Of a DNA stretch of 59,587 nucleotides, positions 54,992 to 59,587 are shown piece after piece (position 1 is the stretch's first letter; every line of letters starts with the position of its first letter). The DNA comes from an uncultured Bacilli bacterium (GTDB lineage: Bacteria > Bacillota_I > Bacilli_A > RF39 > UBA660): contig CAKOKM010000001.1 in assembly GCA_934091015.1 (NCBI GenBank), positions 1 through 59,587 on the forward strand, given 5' to 3'. The notes beneath the pieces are model-generated. The model did no database searches. It saw nothing but the letters and a program-made list of their open reading frames with translations, and had not been told where the DNA came from. The translations under genes and the position numbers were made by a program.

Positions 54992-56629
54992 ATGGAATAT
55001 GCAATAAAATATGTTAACATCAAAGTAGATGAAGAAACAAATATCTTATTACCAAAAGAAATAATAAAAGGTCATGTAGAAGGAGATAATTTTAAAACAA
55101 ATAAATATGCCTATAATTACATAACCAAGAACAATATAAATACAAAATATTTAGTGGGTCCATCGTTTACCATGGAATATATGAGAAAAATGTATGCTTT
55201 ACCAGTTGGAGAATTAACTGATCAAGAAGTTTTAGAATTGATTTTACTGGAAGCAAAAGATACAATCATTGCTTATAAAAATGGTAAATATGCTTTCTTA
55301 GATTTAAGCAGTTTAATTACATCATCTAAAAAACTTGAATTATATCAAATAATAGATGGAGAATCATGCCTTGTTCTAAATCAAGATTCTATTAATACTT
55401 TATTAACAACAAAAACAATAAGTGAATTAAAAGATAAGCTTAAATTTATGCGTGATAAAATATGTAAATTTGCAACATATTCAGATAAATATAATATCGA
55501 AATTTTCGAATTAGCTGATGGAATTAAAAGTGGTATATATATGAAAGAAGTATTTGATGAAGAGGATACCGAATTAACAGATGATGAAGTTTCAATTGAA
55601 TTAGTTACCTCAAATGAAGTTAATAATAAAAACGATATTAATTCAAATCCCAATAGTGAAAATATTGTAACAACAACTAATGAAACAAGTGTAGAAGGAT
55701 TATACAAATATTTAAAAAGTAACATAATAGGACACGATGAAGCCCTAAAAAAGATTGCAACTATTCTTTATATGAATTATACATCGAATCCAATATATGG
55801 AACTGAATCTATACTAATTCCCGGCCCAACCGGAACAGGAAAAACTGCCACATTCAACTGTGCTGCCAAATACTTTGACATTCCATTTAGAAACATAAAT
55901 ACTTGTAATTTAGTACCAGAAGGAATAGTTGGAACAACCTTAGAAGATGAATTTGAAACACTTATAAATGAATGCAAAGGGAATATGAAGTTAGCCGAAA
56001 AAGCAATTCTCGTATTTGATGAATTTGATAAAATAGGAGTAGATAAATTAGATACCAAGACTTCACTTGTAAATATCTTCTTAAAAGCCTTAGAAGGTGG
56101 AAGATTCCCAATTTCTAGACAAATGAAAGAAACTCAAATATATAATACTGGTATGGCAAGTAAGATATGTTTAGGTACCTTCCAAGAAGCTTTCAAAAAA
56201 GAAACAGCTCCAATTGGCTTTGGAAATAATGTCCCTCATGAAGAAGAACATTTTGACAAAACATTATTGGTTAAAAAAGACTATTTTACATCAGAATTAC
56301 TAACTAGATTTCAGCATTTTATTCCTTATAAAAATTTAAGTGAAGAAGATAAAAAGAAAATTCTTTTAGAATCAAAACTAAGCTACTATCTAGCAAAAAA
56401 GAAAAGACTAAGTGCTCAATTTGGAATTGAGACAATTGGCGATGAAGAATTTGCTAAAGGAGTTTTAGAAGAAATCAAAAAGCACGAAAAAAGCGTTAGA
56501 GATATGAACAACATAGTAGCCGATACATTCCTAGATATTGAATATAATATTTTATCAAATCAAGGAAAATACAAAACATTAAAGCTAACCAGTGATACAG
56601 TATCCAAAGGAAATTACGACTTATATTAA
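54992..56629 (+). CDS. ClpX-like AAA+ ATPase with a novel N-terminal region
   Basis: LYKYLKSNIIGHDEALKKIA, GPTGTGKT (Walker A) and ILVFDEFDKI (Walker B) parallel ClpX. No ClpX zinc-binding domain. A ~220-aa unrelated N-terminal region is followed by an acidic/Asn-rich linker. Confidence 0.65.
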   Translation: MEYAIKYVNIKVDEETNILLPKEIIKGHVEGDNFKTNKYAYNYITKNNINTKYLVGPSFTMEYMRKMYALPVGELTDQEVLELILLEAKDTIIAYKNGKYAFLDLSSLITSSKKLELYQIIDGESCLVLNQDSINTLLTTKTISELKDKLKFMRDKICKFATYSDKYNIEIFELADGIKSGIYMKEVFDEEDTELTDDEVSIELVTSNEVNNKNDINSNPNSENIVTTTNETSVEGLYKYLKSNIIGHDEALKKIATILYMNYTSNPIYGTESILIPGPTGTGKTATFNCAAKYFDIPFRNINTCNLVPEGIVGTTLEDEFETLINECKGNMKLAEKAILVFDEFDKIGVDKLDTKTSLVNIFLKALEGGRFPISRQMKETQIYNTGMASKICLGTFQEAFKKETAPIGFGNNVPHEEEHFDKTLLVKKDYFTSELLTRFQHFIPYKNLSEEDKKKILLESKLSYYLAKKKRLSAQFGIETIGDEEFAKGVLEEIKKHEKSVRDMNNIVADTFLDIEYNILSNQGKYKTLKLTSDTVSKGNYDLY

Positions 56630-56685
56630 AAGTTGTAATTTTTTTCTTGGCAAATAAATGATATACTTAAATTGGTGATGAAATA

Positions 56686-57402
56686 ATGTTTATAAATAAA
56701 TCATATCCAACTAAAACTAATGTAGATGAAAATATAATAAACGAGATTAAAACAAAAATAACTCTTGGCATAGAATTAACATTAGAAGAAGAAAATTTAT
56801 TATTAGATTATCTAATAACAAAATGCTGGGAAAATATTGAAAATTATTTTAATTTAGATATAACTTCTAGTCCCCTAACAAATAAATGTGACTATGCTCA
56901 AAAAGTTCTAGGAAAATCTTTAGATAATTTAGGTATAACAGTCTATCCAAAAGAAACAGGCGATACCATAATGCCTCACGTAATTGGACACTCTTTTTTG
57001 ATAGTTAAATTTCCTAACCACAGTTATATTGTTGATCCAACATACAGACAATTCTTAACTTTAAATGGTTGTGATTCTAAAAACTTTATAATATATAATA
57101 ATCAAATATTAAAAACACCTGATCCTGGTTTGTTTTTAACTCAAAGTTTAAAAGGTCAAAAACTTGCCGATAAATTAGTTTCCAAAGGATATATTGAATT
57201 GACCGAAGAAAATGCTAAAATATACTGTGATTCATTCTATTATACAAATCAAGGAACATATTTAGAAAATGGTAAAATTCCTATTTCAAAGATTGATGGA
57301 AATATCTATTTAAATAGTTTACTTAAAGAGAATCACAAATATTCAACATCGGATGAACGCTTCAACGAATTATATCCATCAAAGAAAGCAGTATCCAAAT
57401 GA
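56686..57402 (+). CDS. Hypothetical protein with a possible Cys-His-Asp (transglutaminase/papain-like) triad
   Basis: 238 aa. NKCDYAQ ... IGHSFLIV ... IVDPTYRQF gives the spacing of a C/H/D hydrolase core. Unverified. Confidence 0.4.
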   Translation: MFINKSYPTKTNVDENIINEIKTKITLGIELTLEEENLLLDYLITKCWENIENYFNLDITSSPLTNKCDYAQKVLGKSLDNLGITVYPKETGDTIMPHVIGHSFLIVKFPNHSYIVDPTYRQFLTLNGCDSKNFIIYNNQILKTPDPGLFLTQSLKGQKLADKLVSKGYIELTEENAKIYCDSFYYTNQGTYLENGKIPISKIDGNIYLNSLLKENHKYSTSDERFNELYPSKKAVSK

Positions 57403-59587
57403 AACATGAATTATTAGTTCCTGTTGGAAATAAAGAATCATTAATATATGCCATAAATAATGGAGCCGATGCTGTCTATCTTGCCGGTAAAAAATATGGA
57501 GCTCGCGCTTTTGCTGAAAACTTTACCCTAGAAGAAATAGAAGAAGCAACAAATTTATGTCACCTTTATGGTGTTAAAATTTTTATAACTGTAAATACCC
57601 TAATTTACGAATCAGAATTTTCCTCATGTCTAGAATATATTGAGTCTCTTCATAAAATAGGAGTAGATGCTCTAATCTTACAAGATATTGGCTTAATCGA
57701 AGTTGTTCATACCATGTTTCCTAATTTAGAAATTCATGCATCAACTCAAATGCACAACCATTCTAAAGAAAACATTAAATTTCTTGAAAGTCTAGGCGTA
57801 AAAAGAGTTGTTTTTGCTAGAGAAATTCCATTAGATTTTATAAATGACTTAGATACTACAATGGAAAAAGAAGCCTTTATTCATGGTTCTTTATGTATAA
57901 GTTATTCAGGTCAATGTTATTTTTCAAAATGCATTCTAAACCGTAGTGCTAATCGCGGTGAATGTGCCGGAATGTGTAGATTAAAATATAGCTTATTAGA
58001 AGATGATAGACTAGTAAATAGTTCTGACAAATATCTTTTAAGTCCTAAAGATTTGTGCAGTGTTGAAAACTTTAAAAAACTAATGGATTCCAATATCTAT
58101 TCCTTTAAAATTGAAGGAAGAATGAAATCACCTGCTTATGTTGGTATCGTAACTAAAATATATCGTAAACTAATTGATGACTATGAAAGTGGTAAAGAAT
58201 TACAAGTATCCCAATCAGATCTAGATGAACTAAAATCAATATTTTATCGTGGCTATACTCCTGGATTCCTATTTAATAACGAAGATATAATGAACTATGA
58301 ATCATCTAACCATATCGGTTTATATGCTGGTAAAATTACCAAATTAACACCTAAAAAACTTGCTATCAAATTAGATATCGATTTAAAACAAGGCGATTCA
58401 ATTCGCTTCAAAAATACCAATAAAGGCATAACTCTAAACTTTATCTATGATTCTAAAGATAACCTTATAAGTAACGGAACTAAAGGAACAACAATTTATT
58501 TAGATAACTTTTTAAATTTAACAAAAGAAGATGAAATATATCTAACATCCCCTAAACTTCCATTAGAAACAAACATAACTAAGAAAATAAACGTTTCCAT
58601 GAATTTTACCGCAAAACTAAATGAAAAAATAAAATTAGAAGTAAGTGATGGAATAAATAACATAACGATTTACGGAGTAGAACCATCTGAAGCAATTAAT
58701 CAACCAATAACTAAAGAAAACATCGAAAAAAGTTTAACTAAAACAGGATCAACACCATACATAGTTAGTTCTTTAAATATAAATATTTCTGGTAATCTAT
58801 TCATTCGTAACATCGATTTAAATAATTTAAGAAGAGAAGCCTTAGAAGAATTATCTTTAAAAAGAACCACGATTCCTAAAGAGTTTATCAAAAATAATTA
58901 CCAAGAAACTTTACTAAATATTCCCAAAACAAAAGAAGTATATGTTTTAGCTAGAACCAAAGAACAAATTGATATTTTAAAAAAATACCCAGTTAAAATA
59001 ATTGTTGATAATTTAGATTTACTAGAACCAAACTTTATTTATAAAATTCCTAGAAACTTACTAACTTATCCAAAATATACTGGAAAAGTTTTAAATACAT
59101 CATATGCTAGCATGGTAGAAAATCCAGGTAACATCGGTGATTATTTCTTAAACATTACTAATCATTATGCCCTAAATCTAGCACATAAGTACAACTCTAT
59201 GGTAACTCTTTCATTTGAAAATGATTTTAATGAGTTAAAAAACATAATGAATAACTATCCAACCTCAAATACCGGCTTACTAATTTACGGTAAAATAGAG
59301 CTTATGATGATGAAAGCCTGTCTTCTAAAAAACACATTTAAAGAAAAAAACTGCCATATTTGTAAAGATAAAAAAACATATAAATTGATAGATCGTAATA
59401 AGGAAGAATACGAAATATTAACATCACCTCAAACTCATACTTCCTATATTCTAAATTGTCATACCACCAACTTAATTGATAAAATACCAACCTATCAAGA
59501 ACTGGGCATTACTAATTTTAGAGTAGATTTATCAAACGAAACAGCCAAAGATACAGTAAATATAATAGAACAAATTATATCAAAAAT
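57399..59587 (+). CDS. U32-family peptidase (partial; runs off the window)
   Basis: ATGA overlap with the preceding stop. My own translation MKHELLVPVGNKESLIYAINNGADAVYLAGKKYGARAFAENF...ITVNTLIYE...HASTQM...EAFIHGSLCISYSGQCYFS is characteristic of U32. The frame is open to the end of the window, and the ORF is absent from the ORF track because it has no stop. Confidence 0.85.
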   Translation, partial: MKHELLVPVGNKESLIYAINNGADAVYLAGKKYGARAFAENFTLEEIEEATNLCHLYGVKIFITVNTLIYESEFSSCLEYIESLHKIGVDALILQDIGLIEVVHTMFPNLEIHASTQMHNHSKENIKFLESLGVKRVVFAREIPLDFINDLDTTMEKEAFIHGSLCISYSGQCYFSKCILNRSANRGECAGMCRLKYSLLEDDRLVNSSDKYLLSPKDLCSVENFKKLMDSNIYSFKIEGRMKSPAYVGIVTKIYRKLIDDYESGKELQVSQSDLDELKSIFYRGYTPGFLFNNEDIMNYESSNHIGLYAGKITKLTPKKLAIKLDIDLKQGDSIRFKNTNKGITLNFIYDSKDNLISNGTKGTTIYLDNFLNLTKEDEIYLTSPKLPLETNITKKINVSMNFTAKLNEKIKLEVSDGINNITIYGVEPSEAINQPITKENIEKSLTKTGSTPYIVSSLNINISGNLFIRNIDLNNLRREALEELSLKRTTIPKEFIKNNYQETLLNIPKTKEVYVLARTKEQIDILKKYPVKIIVDNLDLLEPNFIYKIPRNLLTYPKYTGKVLNTSYASMVENPGNIGDYFLNITNHYALNLAHKYNSMVTLSFENDFNELKNIMNNYPTSNTGLLIYGKIELMMMKACLLKNTFKEKNCHICKDKKTYKLIDRNKEEYEILTSPQTHTSYILNCHTTNLIDKIPTYQELGITNFRVDLSNETAKDTVNIIEQIISK

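Noticed and set aside
1-59587. Genetic code 4 (TGA=Trp), suggested by TGA codons at plausible Trp positions in 20692 and the 38.3-38.5 kb pseudogene.
   Set aside because: Every well-supported gene, including ORFs of 790-1048 aa, is intact under the standard code and ends at or before its TGA/TAA/TAG. TGG is used for conserved Trp (for example the Nudix box LWEFPGG). The TGA cases are confined to decayed genes.

Overview
Strongly AT-rich, standard-code (TGA is a stop; ORFs up to 1048 aa stay intact) segment that looks like a low-GC Bacillota or Mollicutes-like chromosome. The conserved flanks are recG plus a DUF975 membrane gene on the left (28-2657). On the right (47.7-59.6 kb) lie an arginine deiminase operon (arcA, arcB, arcC fused in frame to a YfcC-type permease), an amino-acid ABC transporter, a ClpX-like AAA+ gene and a partial U32 peptidase. 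The roughly 45 kb in between (2.7-47.2 kb) is accessory DNA. It appears to have been built by repeated integration at one att core, CCCC(C)TGAAG, which forms the 3' part of an unannotated sRNA-like gene just downstream of the DUF975 gene. The core occurs four times (2763, 18135, 19573, 37562). Each copy is followed by its own terminator hairpin and its own short arm-type direct repeats. (1) 2763-18143 is a 15.4-kb capsid-less integrative element with a tyrosine integrase and matching TTAGGCGACA arm repeats at both ends. It carries a DUF3173-type Xis-like gene, XRE regulators, DnaB-like, SSB-like and RecA-like genes, a PcfK/PcfJ-like pair, a serine recombinase, a sirtuin and a cargo block of unknown genes. 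(2) 18144-19582 is a decayed chimeric remnant. (3) 19583-37570 is an integrase-less defence-type island. It holds an Abi-alpha-like gene, a restriction-modification system with two m5C methyltransferases and a PLD-family nuclease, an 864-aa orphan, an orphan mobC, a MazG-like plus GIY-YIG/DUF2075 ATPase pair, a 906-aa SF1 helicase fusion, and an HTH-Fic gene plus a 930-aa membrane protein operon. (4) From 37571 to about 47200 there is an ATPase pseudogene, a double-HTH regulator, a helicase IV-like zinc-ribbon protein, a DinD-like gene and an AEP primase-SF2 helicase fusion followed by a Nudix gene. I found no rRNA, tRNA or CRISPR array. My best candidates for an undescribed system are the MazG-like/GIY-YIG-DUF2075 operon (28.5-30.7 kb), the autoregulated HTH-Fic/large membrane protein operon (33.6-37.4 kb), the AEP-helicase/Nudix pair (44.3-47.1 kb), and the sRNA-linked accretion hotspot itself. 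All functional calls come from motifs read by eye; no database search was run.
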